DNA from: Alkalispirochaeta sp.
GTDB lineage: Bacteria > Spirochaetota > Spirochaetia > DSM-27196 > Alkalispirochaetaceae
Length of the DNA: 64,000 nucleotides
Assembly (NCBI GenBank): GCA_965601925.1
Contig: OZ271854.1
Location: 768,001 to 832,000 of the forward strand
Direction: 5' to 3'
Position numbers and translations under genes: made by a program. The stretch's first letter is position 1. Each line of letters starts with the position of its first letter. Shown one piece after another: positions 49,839 through 59,312 of the stretch. The notes below the pieces were generated by a model, which saw only the letters and a list, made by a program, of their open reading frames with translations, did no database searches and was not told the origin of the DNA.

Positions 49839-50369
49839 TCAGGGCAGACGGTCGATCAAATCCAGCCGTTGCACGCACGGATGCCGCGCCTTGACCAAGC
49901 CCAACCGGTGCAGCCGTTTCATGATGATCAGGCGGTTTTTCACTCGTCGGAGCTCGCGTATCGTGTCGATCGGCAGTGTTTGCCATGCTCGCGCAAGTTC
50001 TTCGGCCTCGTCGATCGACAGGGGGAGGTCCTGCGCCCACGCGATGATGCGATCGGGATTTAGAACATCGCGGTCGCTATCGGGCCCCAGCCGTTCTATC
50101 GCTTTTAGGCGCGTGTACATTTCGGAGTATCGAAACAACTCCGAATCCTGCCGGTGGCGCGTGGATAGGATCGCGTAACACCGTACGGGAACCTCGATCC
50201 ACTGCACCTCCGGCGCCTCTTCCGGGCGTGCAAGCTTTGCGTTTGCGTACGCAAGCTCCGCCAGCCCGAGCCAGTTGAAATCCTGCGAGGCGGCATCGGC
50301 GGCGCCAATCCAATCCAGCACCTCGGCCGGTGGTACGCCCAGAACGTCGCGGAACGTGGACGGGTTCAT
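49839..50369 (-). CDS. Hypothetical protein (putative immunity by context)
   Basis: Protein-like helical ORF inside the array; no family recognised. Confidence 0.5.
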   Translation of the reverse strand: MNPSTFRDVLGVPPAEVLDWIGAADAASQDFNWLGLAELAYANAKLARPEEAPEVQWIEVPVRCYAILSTRHRQDSELFRYSEMYTRLKAIERLGPDSDRDVLNPDRIIAWAQDLPLSIDEAEELARAWQTLPIDTIRELRRVKNRLIIMKRLHRLGLVKARHPCVQRLDLIDRLP

Positions 50370-50372
50370 CGT

Positions 50373-50459
50373 CTACACCGTATCGTGTAATCGACGGTGG
50401 CCAAAAGCCAACTCACGCGCCGAACGGTGCGCCTCTTCGTTCTCAATATTCAGGGGCAT
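50373..50459 (-). pseudogene. Truncated VapB (Rv0623-like RHH) antitoxin
   Basis: GGAGG SD followed by MPLNIENEEAHRSARELA, then an unrelated tail and stop at 28 aa; no toxin gene follows. Confidence 0.6.
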
Positions 50460-50620
50460 AGTCCCTCCTAAAAGAAAAACCTCCTCCTGGGAGGAGGATG
50501 CCGCATCGTATTCGCGCCGTCAATGTGAGACTTCCGCCGGCGACTCGCGGTCCATCCCGAACCGACCTCGAACCATGCCACCGGCTTGTATGAGTGCTTA
50601 TCGTTTTCTATGATCGCGCC

Positions 50621-51304
50621 ATGGCGAAACCGTATTTCCAGCGCTACAATGAACTGGCCGACGCGTTGGAGCGTGCCTATCACACGGAAGTCGTTGAGAG
50701 AACTCCTGCGATGGTCGAGAGGAAATCGGCGGCCCCGCGAGGGTTTCGTAAGCTGGTCGATGAAAAGAGCTATGCGATTCCCGAAGACTACCTGTCGATT
50801 CTTGAGATCCCTAACACCCTTGCGCTCCGTTTCTTCTACGACATCGATGAGGCGCACCGGGGCGCCGGTGAGTTCAAAATCAGGTCGTTCTACTCCGCGC
50901 TCACCTCGAACAAAGATCCCAAGCTCTCCAACACCTCGATGCACAGCGAAGAGGACATCGAGATTCTGAAACACTTCAGGATTATCGACGAGCATCCGTT
51001 TTCCGGAGACTTCAAGCTGGCGGCGTTCTACAAAAAGCCCGGCGCCTCGCCGCCGGCGATACCGCAGATCTACTTTTACGACCGCGGCACGTACTACCCG
51101 ATGAACCTCGACTACTTCGGTTACTTGGACGCCGTGTTGGACCTGGCCGGGATCGCCAACTGGCAGTACCTCTTTTGCGACGTAAATCTTCGCACCGCGG
51201 AGTATCAGCACATCCACGAGGATCTGAAGCGCGGTATCGAAGCGGTCGCGATGCTCTTTCCCGACAAGGACCTCTCACGCTACGAGCAGTTGTTGGCGAA
51301 GTGA
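50621..51304 (+). CDS. SUKH/SMI1-like putative immunity protein
   Basis: IPEDY, GEFKI, FRIID, IYFYD, MNLDYFGYL...GIANWQY shared with the 55.5, 58.0, 59.3 and 60.8 kb paralogs. Confidence 0.6.
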   Translation: MAKPYFQRYNELADALERAYHTEVVERTPAMVERKSAAPRGFRKLVDEKSYAIPEDYLSILEIPNTLALRFFYDIDEAHRGAGEFKIRSFYSALTSNKDPKLSNTSMHSEEDIEILKHFRIIDEHPFSGDFKLAAFYKKPGASPPAIPQIYFYDRGTYYPMNLDYFGYLDAVLDLAGIANWQYLFCDVNLRTAEYQHIHEDLKRGIEAVAMLFPDKDLSRYEQLLAK

Positions 51305-51461
51305 CGTCGATCCGTGGGGCAAAACCCGTCCGTGTCCGTCGATGTGCGATATGCTCGCCGCGGTAGGGCTGCTTCTCGGCCGGCGGCATCGAGCGAATCG
51401 TTCCGAGCTGCAGTAGATTGGTAGTGTCGGATCGATATCACAACGGAGAGATGCAACCACG

Positions 51462-52130
51462 ATGAAAGCGTTATCTGCATTGAAAGCTGAGCTGGCGAAC
51501 CTGAAGGTAGCGAAACAGGGAAAAATCTGGCCCGAGGAACGGCCGGAAGTCTGGCTCGATTATGTCCAAGAGCTGGGAATAACCCCGCAAGACTATCCCC
51601 AGCTTTTGGAAATTGTACGAGAGTCCGACCTGGAAGGTGCGTACGAAGGGTGCTCTCCTGAAGAGTGCATTCCGGTTCATGCGTGGCGGGCGATCGCTCA
51701 ACTCAAACAGCCGGATGCCGTTCGAGATCTGTATGAGGTGCTGATCGATGAAAAAAATGAAGAGGCCTTCTGGTTCAAGATAGAGTTTCCGACCGTCATG
51801 CAGACGATCGGTCCCGATGCGATACCCCTTTTGTCTGCGCTTCTTCACGATCACGATTCCGACTGGGGATACAAAATGCTTCTCGTAGAATCGTTACTGC
51901 CGTTTGCGGCGAGCGATCAAACCCATCGTTCGGCGGTCATCCGGAGCGTGCATGACGTCCTGCGGGACTACCAGAATCATGACCCCGAGTATATCGGCGC
52001 GATCATCAAAGAGATCCGGAAGATACATCCGAAAGAGATCTCTGAGACCGTTGTCACGATCATGAAGAATGACGGCTATGATCTGTCCGGTCTGGAGCGT
52101 GACGAGGACGTCTGGCTGTATATCGAATAG
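51462..52130 (+). CDS. DUF1186-like helical repeat protein
   Basis: W.DY..LGIT, PVHAWRAIAQL, W...EFP.V...IGP.AIP.L. Confidence 0.55.
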   Translation: MKALSALKAELANLKVAKQGKIWPEERPEVWLDYVQELGITPQDYPQLLEIVRESDLEGAYEGCSPEECIPVHAWRAIAQLKQPDAVRDLYEVLIDEKNEEAFWFKIEFPTVMQTIGPDAIPLLSALLHDHDSDWGYKMLLVESLLPFAASDQTHRSAVIRSVHDVLRDYQNHDPEYIGAIIKEIRKIHPKEISETVVTIMKNDGYDLSGLERDEDVWLYIE

Positions 52131-52179
52131 CGTTCTTGGCCTCGGCGCGGAGCGTCCTCTTCGATCGAGGTTGAACGTC

Positions 52180-52956
52180 TCACCGGGTAATCTCCACCGT
52201 GCCCTTGGCCGCGAGCTCGTCCAAGCCGCGCACCCGTTTCGGCTCGTCGGCTGCTTCGTCGTGGAACGACCCGAGATCGAGATGGCGCAACTTCGGCAAC
52301 GCCAACAACGGCGTGAGGTCTTCCAGGGCGCGGCATCCGTCCAGAATCAGCTCGGCAAGCTCCCCGAATGCGGTAATCGCACCGATGTCGACCAGGTCGG
52401 TACAGTCGGAGAGGTCCAAGTAGTTCAGCCGCTTCATCGGAACAAGGTCGTCCAGGGTGCGTAACCCAGCCAGCGTCAACTCCAGCTCTTCCATATTGAC
52501 CAGCGCCGACAAATAGCGCGTGTCGTGGGCGATCTCGTCGCCGACGATCTTGAGCATCCGCAACTGCGGCAGGTTCACGATCGTCTCGAAGGTGACAAAG
52601 CCACCGGCCACCAAGTGCAGCGACGGGACGCTCGCCAAGAGCTCGATCGGACCGATATCGGTGTCGACCGGTAGTGTCTCGACCGAGACGTACTCGACGT
52701 GGTGCACCAGCGGCCACCAGATCGGCGCGGGCTGGCCGGCGATGACGTTTGTAGCCACCTCCTCCCACAGCTCGGTGGCGCATGCACGGTGGTAGGAAGG
52801 CCACCGGCTGAGCTCCGGGTGCGCCAGTACGTAGGCGGTCGCTTCGCGCTGCCGGCGGGCGTCCTGCACACGCACCGTATCGATCAACGGCCGCCAGTTG
52901 CGCTTGGAAGACTTGCGCGCCAAGATCGCGTCGATCTGAGTATGGAGATCGTTCAT
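52180..52956 (-). CDS. Leucine-rich repeat protein
   Basis: LRMLKI, MEELEL, LNYLDLSDC, LAELILDGC, LRHLDL. Confidence 0.8.
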   Translation of the reverse strand: MNDLHTQIDAILARKSSKRNWRPLIDTVRVQDARRQREATAYVLAHPELSRWPSYHRACATELWEEVATNVIAGQPAPIWWPLVHHVEYVSVETLPVDTDIGPIELLASVPSLHLVAGGFVTFETIVNLPQLRMLKIVGDEIAHDTRYLSALVNMEELELTLAGLRTLDDLVPMKRLNYLDLSDCTDLVDIGAITAFGELAELILDGCRALEDLTPLLALPKLRHLDLGSFHDEAADEPKRVRGLDELAAKGTVEITR

Positions 52957-53120
52957 TCATTACTCCGTTGCGATGAGCGAGCCGCCACGTGTGCGGTACG
53001 CCCGAGCGCCGGTTTGATCAACACGCCGGCGTCGGTCGACTCGAACACCACCTCCGTCTCGGGCTGCAGGTCGAAACGGTCGCGCAGTTTTGGGCTTGTT
53101 CTCCCAGCCACCGTCTCCGA
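52953..53120 (-). pseudogene. Degenerate AbrB/MazE-type antitoxin
   Basis: PKLRDRFDLQPETEVVFESTDAGVLIKP resembles the SpoVT/AbrB fold; N-terminal strand eroded; stop overlaps the LRR ATG. Confidence 0.6.
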
Positions 53121-53138
53121 TAAGCGTGACGCGGACAC

Positions 53139-53523
53139 ATGACCCAACAGGAATTGTTAACCAAGTTTACCAGTTTTTCGCCACATTGACCTCGACGACG
53201 ATTGGCCCGACTACATCGGCGAGCTCGGTATTACGGACGCCGACGCGCGTATGATCGCGGAGCTCCTGCGCGAGAGCGATCTCAACTTGGTCAGCATCGC
53301 GCATACGTCTGAAAGAAATTACCCCTTGCATCTATGGCGGACGTTGGCACAAACGAGAGAGGCTCGCTATCTCGACGTGCTATTCGATCTCCTGGTCGAC
53401 GAGAAACATGAAGAGGCGTCGTGGTTTCGGACAGAGTTCCCGCTGATCACTTCGGCCGGTCCGCTATCCCATTCATTGAAAAACACCTCCTTGGACGTGG
53501 TTCCTCATTGACGTTCAACAGCC
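53139..53523 (+). pseudogene. Frameshifted, truncated paralog of the 51462-52130 gene
   Basis: MTQQELLTKFTSF / HIDLDDDWPDYIGELGIT...PLHLWRTLAQ...DEKHEEASWFRTEFPLI / HFGRSAIPFI across two frameshifts. Confidence 0.7.
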
Positions 53524-54174
53524 TCAATAAAACCGCGCCAGGTCAAAACCCATCCGTTTGGAGAGCTCATAGTAAGATTCGTCTGGGTCCAGACCGGCGG
53601 CCGCAAAGACTTCGGCTCTGTGGTCCGAGAACCGCAGATCGTATCGGTTCAGGTTCCGCAACTCCTTGTCGACCAAAACCGGGTTGTGGATATCATCCTT
53701 TCGTCCCATTGCGTACAAGATGTACTCCGCAAGAAACACGGTGGGGATGGTCGCCGGGGTTACATCGATCGCTTCAACCTCTTCCAACCCCATCCCGGCC
53801 ATGGGAATTTTCAACTCGCCTTTGATCAACTGTGCTTCGCTGATCGTCTTTATGGACAACGCCTCGGGAAACTCCAACTCGTGTGGATCGACCTGCGTGA
53901 AGCCCACCGTGGCGAACAGCCCGTCGACGAGAAACCCAAAGGGAATGAACACTCCCGGGATAACCGTGCCGGTGAAATCGGGCAACGCTCCGGCGCTCGT
54001 CTCGGCGTAGATCTCCACTAAGGCTACGCCTTCGGGCCACCTGCTCAACGGGTTGTCGGGCCGGATCAGCCCCGCCTTCACGCACTGGTCTTGGATGTTC
54101 AGCATCACCCGTCCAAAGGCGAACTCGTTCGGTGCGATTTGGACGGAAAAGAGGTCGCCCGGTTTCGGTTTCAC
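53524..54174 (-). CDS. Imm26-like immunity protein
   Basis: N-terminal KPKPGDLFSVQI....FAFGRV motif; GGAG SD. Confidence 0.65.
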   Translation of the reverse strand: MKPKPGDLFSVQIAPNEFAFGRVMLNIQDQCVKAGLIRPDNPLSRWPEGVALVEIYAETSAGALPDFTGTVIPGVFIPFGFLVDGLFATVGFTQVDPHELEFPEALSIKTISEAQLIKGELKIPMAGMGLEEVEAIDVTPATIPTVFLAEYILYAMGRKDDIHNPVLVDKELRNLNRYDLRFSDHRAEVFAAAGLDPDESYYELSKRMGFDLARFY

Positions 54175-54197
54175 GACTGATAGTCTCCCTTTTATCG

Positions 54198-55508
54198 TTA
54201 CGGCGTGTTGTAGCCGAACCAGTCTGCAAGGGGCCGGCCGTGGTTAAGGAAATCCCAGAAGCTTTGCGGTTCGAATATTTCGCGCATCTCGTGGTCCCAA
54301 TCGACGGTCGACGGGTCGGCGTCGTCTTTGCTCTGTCGGTGGAAATGGCGGCCGTTCCCGCTGCCGTCGTTGTAGAACTCGAGCAGGTCCAGGAAATCGT
54401 AGTCCACCGGGGTGTTCTGTTCGGCGACGACATCGTTCATGTGGGTCATCACCGAAAGATGCCGATTGGGCAGGATTGCGTTGGCGGCGTTTTGCCAGCC
54501 CCAGGCGTGGTTCAAGAGGCCGAAGCCGTTGTGGACGCGGTAGAGGGCGGCGATCGAGGCGGGGACACGCCAGTGTTCTTTCGCCGGAGCTTCGCCCAGG
54601 CGCGGGTCGTCGGTCGGCGGCGCGCCGACCAAGAGCGTTGTGGAGGAATACGCTCCCTCGTAGTGGCCGGCGTTGAGATTCTCTACCGCGTACAACAGAT
54701 AGTCATTACCGTCTACGCGCAGCGCCAGCACGCAGATCAAGCGATCGAGTAAGGCGTCCAGAAAGGGCGCCGCGTGCCGCTCCACCGGCTGAAAGACCGC
54801 CGTAACCAGTTGGTCAAAACCAAGCCCCGCCAACTCCCGCCAATGGAAGTCGTCCGGCGCATTATCCAGTGGGGCGACTTGGACCGCATCCGGTTCGGAC
54901 TCCGGAAAGGCGGCGGCAACCTCCAGTGCGATCACGCGCCAGCCGTGGTCCAGTACGAAGCGGTGCAGGCGCTCCGATTTTTGCGTCGAGTAATCCTGCG
55001 CGGTAAGCTCGTCGTATTCTCGGCGAGCCGCCTCGTCCAGCTGCGCCTCGAAGCGCTCGGCCGTCCACCACAGGCGCCGAGAGCGGCTGTGGACCGAGTG
55101 TCCCTTTTGATACTCCACGACGCGCGCGGAGGCTTGCCCAAACCGCAGGTCTTCGGAGTCTGCGGCGGCATCGCCCGGAGCGGCAAGCGTGCGCTGCTTC
55201 TCCTCGCGCGCACCTTCGAGCTCCTCGCGCGACAGGGCGCGAATCTCTTCCTCGTAGGCGAGGTGACGCCGATAGAGCTCGATCGAGGGCGCCTGGTCGC
55301 GCTGTTCGTACCACCAGTGGCCCAGGAGCCACCGCACGCTCTTTTCGGCCGGCGCTTCGGCCTTCTCTTGCGCCGGAATCTCGACGGTGGTGGCTCTGCC
55401 GAACGTCTCAACCTCCACCGTCCAGGTGTCGCCGGAGACCGCCACCAGCTTGGCCTCGAATCCGTTGAAGGCGCCGCCTGTTATCCGAAATACCGATCCT
55501 ATCTCCAT
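54198..55508 (-). CDS. NusG-type KOW domain fused to a C-terminal SUKH/SMI1-KNR4 domain
   Basis: IGSVFRITGGAFNGFEA...VEVETFGRATTVEI; VPASIAALYRVHNG...LEFYNDGSGN...VDWDHE...SFWDFL. Confidence 0.7.
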   Translation of the reverse strand: MEIGSVFRITGGAFNGFEAKLVAVSGDTWTVEVETFGRATTVEIPAQEKAEAPAEKSVRWLLGHWWYEQRDQAPSIELYRRHLAYEEEIRALSREELEGAREEKQRTLAAPGDAAADSEDLRFGQASARVVEYQKGHSVHSRSRRLWWTAERFEAQLDEAARREYDELTAQDYSTQKSERLHRFVLDHGWRVIALEVAAAFPESEPDAVQVAPLDNAPDDFHWRELAGLGFDQLVTAVFQPVERHAAPFLDALLDRLICVLALRVDGNDYLLYAVENLNAGHYEGAYSSTTLLVGAPPTDDPRLGEAPAKEHWRVPASIAALYRVHNGFGLLNHAWGWQNAANAILPNRHLSVMTHMNDVVAEQNTPVDYDFLDLLEFYNDGSGNGRHFHRQSKDDADPSTVDWDHEMREIFEPQSFWDFLNHGRPLADWFGYNTP

Positions 55509-55517
55509 GTAACTCTC

Positions 55518-56393
55518 CTATCGTGAGCTCGTGCGCCCGGTTTCGCGATAGCGCGCTTCGAACGCGGCAAAGTGTTCTTGGTGATGATCAAAATCCAAAA
55601 AGGGAAATGACCCTGGCAGTAGCGTTATGCACCGGTGTAGGTATTCGTGGATCAAGTCCAGACGATCAAACGGCGTGTCGGTGACCGGTTCAAAACCCCG
55701 CAAGCGCTCGTCGACGCGCGTGCCCACGTGCAACGACCAGGTGAGATAGAGCTGATCCCTATTCTTCGCCACGATCGTCTGCGGGTCGATGTAGAAGTAC
55801 TGCCAACACCGCACCATCGCCGACGCGGCCATCGCCGTGAAGTACTCTTCAAACGACGTGAACGGCAGCCGGTACACAAAGCCGCTGTCGTAGAAATAGA
55901 ACTCGGTGGGAAACGCCTCGGAGTCGATCTTCACACAACCGAACTGCGGCGTGTACTCCGGGTCGTTGTAGGCGGTCGTGCTTTCGATCCAGCGCATATC
56001 GGTTGGGATCTCGGCACGACGTTCCAGTCCGTGTTGCGCAAACTTCCGGGTGGCCTTATCCCAGAACTCGACGGGATACAGAAACGTATCCAGGATACCG
56101 TTGATGTACGTTCCGCCCGATACCACTCCTTCGTCGGGCGTTTGCGACCTTCGGTTCCATCTGGTTTTGAAACTTCCCAGATAGAACAGATCGCGTTGAG
56201 CATCGGGAAACTCGATTCCCGCCTCGTCTCTAATCGTTGCGATGCGCGAATCGATTTCGGTTTCAAACAACTCCGTCTTGCCCGCCAGGTACTTCTTCAG
56301 CTTTTTGTGCGAGGCTTTCTGCAACTCGATTCCAACCGACTCGTTGGTTGCCCCTTCAACGAAATCATACAGTAGTTGGATTACGTTACGCAC
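55518..56393 (-). CDS. SUKH/SMI1-like putative immunity protein
   Basis: GIEFPD, GGTYI, FYFYDSG..Y.L...FEEY....WQYFY similar to the 50621 gene. Confidence 0.55.
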   Translation of the reverse strand: MRNVIQLLYDFVEGATNESVGIELQKASHKKLKKYLAGKTELFETEIDSRIATIRDEAGIEFPDAQRDLFYLGSFKTRWNRRSQTPDEGVVSGGTYINGILDTFLYPVEFWDKATRKFAQHGLERRAEIPTDMRWIESTTAYNDPEYTPQFGCVKIDSEAFPTEFYFYDSGFVYRLPFTSFEEYFTAMAASAMVRCWQYFYIDPQTIVAKNRDQLYLTWSLHVGTRVDERLRGFEPVTDTPFDRLDLIHEYLHRCITLLPGSFPFLDFDHHQEHFAAFEARYRETGRTSSR

Positions 56394-56418
56394 GCGAACT
56401 GGTCCCCCACACAGTGTA

Positions 56419-56769
56419 TCACCCCGGCCCATCCAACAACGCTTCAAAGTCGGCGCAGATCTCGGCATCGTACCCTTCGGCCCGGTAGGATTGGTGAAGC
56501 CGACGCGCACACGCGACTTGGTCTTCGACCGATACGTCGCCGAGGGGCGATACCTCTACCCTGAACTTGAAAAAGAGAAATCCATCCTCTTCTCGCGTGC
56601 GCACCGCGTCGTGATCCTCGTTCTGCGCAACCTGAATCCAGTTGCGTTGCCAATCGAACGAGCGCCGCGTGCGCCGCACAAAGCCGTCCAATCGCGCCAT
56701 GCGGTTCAGGAGCTCATTCAATGAGATCGCCGCGTCGACCATCACCAAGAATTGGCGCTCGTAGTCCAT
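56419..56769 (-). CDS. Hypothetical protein (putative immunity)
   Basis: NEDHD...DGFLFF.F.VEV and CADFE.LL; co-oriented with downstream immunity-like genes. Confidence 0.5.
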   Translation of the reverse strand: MDYERQFLVMVDAAISLNELLNRMARLDGFVRRTRRSFDWQRNWIQVAQNEDHDAVRTREEDGFLFFKFRVEVSPLGDVSVEDQVACARRLHQSYRAEGYDAEICADFEALLDGPG

Positions 56770-57044
56770 GGGAGGATCGTCCCCTGTTCGTGTGCTCTTG
56801 CAAACCATTTGCGTATTCTCGAGGTAGTTTAGCAGATACTTCGGTCTCGAAGTGCGAACTCTGTAGGGTACGTTCCGTGCCGAGTTTCTTCTCTATCCGG
56901 AGCTGGGAGCCGCGTCGCGTCGGGGAGTTATCTTTTTTTCCTCGTGCCTCGCACAATGACGGGGTCGGTGCTCGAGGTTGCCGGGGATATCCACCAGGAG
57001 TACACTGAGGTTCTAAGGGCCCTGGGTCCGGAGTGATGAACTGA

Positions 57045-57830
57045 ATGAAACATACGCATCGCGTCTCAAACCACGTAACCCCTGAGATGCATAATGATTT
57101 TGCCCGGGCCGGTATTATATTCGGTCCGGGCTTCGACGCATTTGACATCACCGAAGACGATGAGGCGTGGCCACGCGTGCGTGAGTTGATCGCGAAGCAC
57201 AAGTGCGTAGACTTTGAATCCACCAAATTTACTAAGAAAGAGATCGGTACAGCGCCGAACGCGGACGTAACGCCAAGCTGGCATCACGGGTACCCCCAGC
57301 CGGAGGACGACTTCGGATATCTCGAAGCAACCTTCGATCTGAGCGATCACTGCCGTGCGTGCGGTATCGGCAAGCGCCAGATCGCGCCGTTCAGGTTCAA
57401 GAAGGAGCCGGCGTGGGGCAAGCGATCGGTGCTGCAGCTCAACTGGGTGTTTGACGAGTACTTCACCACCCCGGAGACGTGGGACGCGGTGTTCCGGCCC
57501 CGGGGGATCGAAAGCATGCCGGTCGTGCATCACCGCAAGAGCCACGAGTTGTCGACGGTTGTGCAACTCGCGGTACCGGACCGCGTGGATCTCGTCGGCA
57601 TCGAAGCGTACCCGAGCGAGGTTTGCGAGAAATGCGGGCGGAGGAAGTACCTGCCGATTAGGCTGGGCTTCTTCCCAAGCCCCGAACCGTCAACGTGCGC
57701 GCTGGCGAAGTCGAACCAGTACTTCGGCAGCGGCGGCAGCGCGTTCAATTCGGTGATCGCGGACAACGCGATGGTCAATGTCGTGCTGGAGGCGAAGCTG
57801 AAGGGCGTCTCGTTCTGGCCTTGCGGCTGA
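57045..57830 (+). CDS. Cys-containing hypothetical protein (putative immunity)
   Basis: GYPQPEDDFGY, CRACGIG.RQ.APFR, QLNWVFDE, CEKCGR.KY. Confidence 0.6.
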   Translation: MKHTHRVSNHVTPEMHNDFARAGIIFGPGFDAFDITEDDEAWPRVRELIAKHKCVDFESTKFTKKEIGTAPNADVTPSWHHGYPQPEDDFGYLEATFDLSDHCRACGIGKRQIAPFRFKKEPAWGKRSVLQLNWVFDEYFTTPETWDAVFRPRGIESMPVVHHRKSHELSTVVQLAVPDRVDLVGIEAYPSEVCEKCGRRKYLPIRLGFFPSPEPSTCALAKSNQYFGSGGSAFNSVIADNAMVNVVLEAKLKGVSFWPCG

Positions 57831-57839
57831 AAGCTTTGC

Positions 57840-58002
57840 CGGACAGACCGAGCGTGGTGCTCCCGACCGGCGCCTCTACCAGCGTGAAGAGCGCGGCGAG
57901 TTGATCGGCAGAAAACACTGTAAAGCGGTCCCGAAAATAGTGGCTGAAGTGGGCGTAGATACCGTGAAACGAATAGTCGTCGGGACCGTCGCGAACGTGC
58001 AC
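57840..58002 (-). pseudogene. Internal gene fragment
   Basis: DDYSFHGIYAHFSHYFRDRF..FSADQLAALFTLVE is protein-like but lacks a credible start and degenerates into antisense of the 57045 gene. Confidence 0.35.
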
Positions 58003-58003
58003 C

Positions 58004-58618
58004 CTATCCGCTGATCCGCACCGAGTCGTGGAGCTCGTAGAAGCCTTCCTTGGTGAACTCGGGAAACAGCCGATGCATGTTGGCGATGATCCGCTCGGAG
58101 ATGCCGCCTTCGGGGTTCAAGATGATCCGTTGCCAGTACGCCACGCCTTTGGTGTACTTCAGCATCTGGAGGTAGCCCTTGAAGTCGAGGTTGAGCGCCT
58201 TCGTGTCACCGTCAAAAAACGTAATGAAGAAACCCCGCTCCGGCTTATCCACATAGAACCCAACGCCGGCTTCGGGATAGAAATAGTCCACGACGGTGAA
58301 GTTCCGCATCACCGGGAACTCATCAGGATGGAAGTCTACGTCGCCAATGAGCACCTGCTCGATTGGCAGGATGTTGAACGTTCCCTCGAGCTCGATTGGG
58401 CTGTGTTGGTTGGTCTTCCACGTCACCTTCCACCGCTCGATCGCCGAGTAAAAGCGCACCAATTCCGCATCGAACGTGAGCGCTTGATCCACGCGGCCCT
58501 CTGCGTTCTCGATCAGTGTGTTTTCGATGAGGTCGATGGTATCTCGGTGTGAACGCATAGCCCTATTTAGGGGCAGATCGTATTCTTGCACATACTCATC
58601 GAACACCTGTTTGCTCAT
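58004..58618 (-). CDS. SUKH/SMI1-like putative immunity protein, copy A1
   Basis: ELVRFY, EGTFNILPIE, VVDYFYPE, LNLDFKGYL..L.YTKG..YWQ; GGAGG SD. Confidence 0.65.
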   Translation of the reverse strand: MSKQVFDEYVQEYDLPLNRAMRSHRDTIDLIENTLIENAEGRVDQALTFDAELVRFYSAIERWKVTWKTNQHSPIELEGTFNILPIEQVLIGDVDFHPDEFPVMRNFTVVDYFYPEAGVGFYVDKPERGFFITFFDGDTKALNLDFKGYLQMLKYTKGVAYWQRIILNPEGGISERIIANMHRLFPEFTKEGFYELHDSVRISG

Positions 58619-59240
58619 GATTCCTCCGTCGGTTGTATCGCATCCCGTCTCAGCGTTCGTCCCGGTCGGCGTCTTCCGCCGATGCTTTGCGTCCCCTTTA
58701 CGCGCCCGCGCCTCACCGCTCGTAGCGCTGCATGCTCGCCGGGTGGTCCGACGGCGCGAGAAGCCGCCGCGTCTCCACCAGCTTGCCGGGGTGGTTGACG
58801 TCATAGGCGCTGTCTGTGGCGACGGTGGTCCACTTGTAGGTGTTGGCGCCGAAGAGCTTGAAAAAGCGGCTTGCGGTGATCGTTAACTCTGAATCGACCT
58901 CTTCCACAATCAAGCACTTGCCGTACTCCTTCCAGTCCTTCGGCGACCGGTCCGAGACAAAGCAGTGGTACAGCGCGGTGCCGTCGCTGGTCTGGTAGTG
59001 GTCGATGCGAAAGAGGAAGCGCTTGGTCGGCGGCTTCCTTTTGGCCGCCCGCTCGTAGTAGTCCGGTTCTTCGAGCGTTTTCAACGGAATCATGCCGAAC
59101 TTGTTTTTCACCTTTGGTGAGGCGAACCGGTTCATCGCCTCGAGCTTGCGGTTGTAGTCGTCCAGATCGGGCACGCGGTTCGCCGCGATCGCCGCCACCT
59201 CGGCCTCAAAGAAGCGGTCCAAAAAGTCGATTACGTTTTC
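58013..59240. repeat. Direct repeat unit 1 (about 1.2 kb)
   Basis: Matches 60849-62076 at a constant offset of 2836 bp. Confidence 0.92.
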
Positions 59241-59243
59241 CAT
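58713..59243 (-). CDS. Hypothetical protein, copy B1
   Basis: Duplicated at 61549-62082; SD present. Confidence 0.65.
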   Translation of the reverse strand: MENVIDFLDRFFEAEVAAIAANRVPDLDDYNRKLEAMNRFASPKVKNKFGMIPLKTLEEPDYYERAAKRKPPTKRFLFRIDHYQTSDGTALYHCFVSDRSPKDWKEYGKCLIVEEVDSELTITASRFFKLFGANTYKWTTVATDSAYDVNHPGKLVETRRLLAPSDHPASMQRYER

Positions 59244-59312
59244 CGTGGTTCCCCCTTGTGTGGTCGGCGTTCGGGCGCCCTTGCTCCTGCCCCGTCAATC
59301 ACGGCGCGCACG

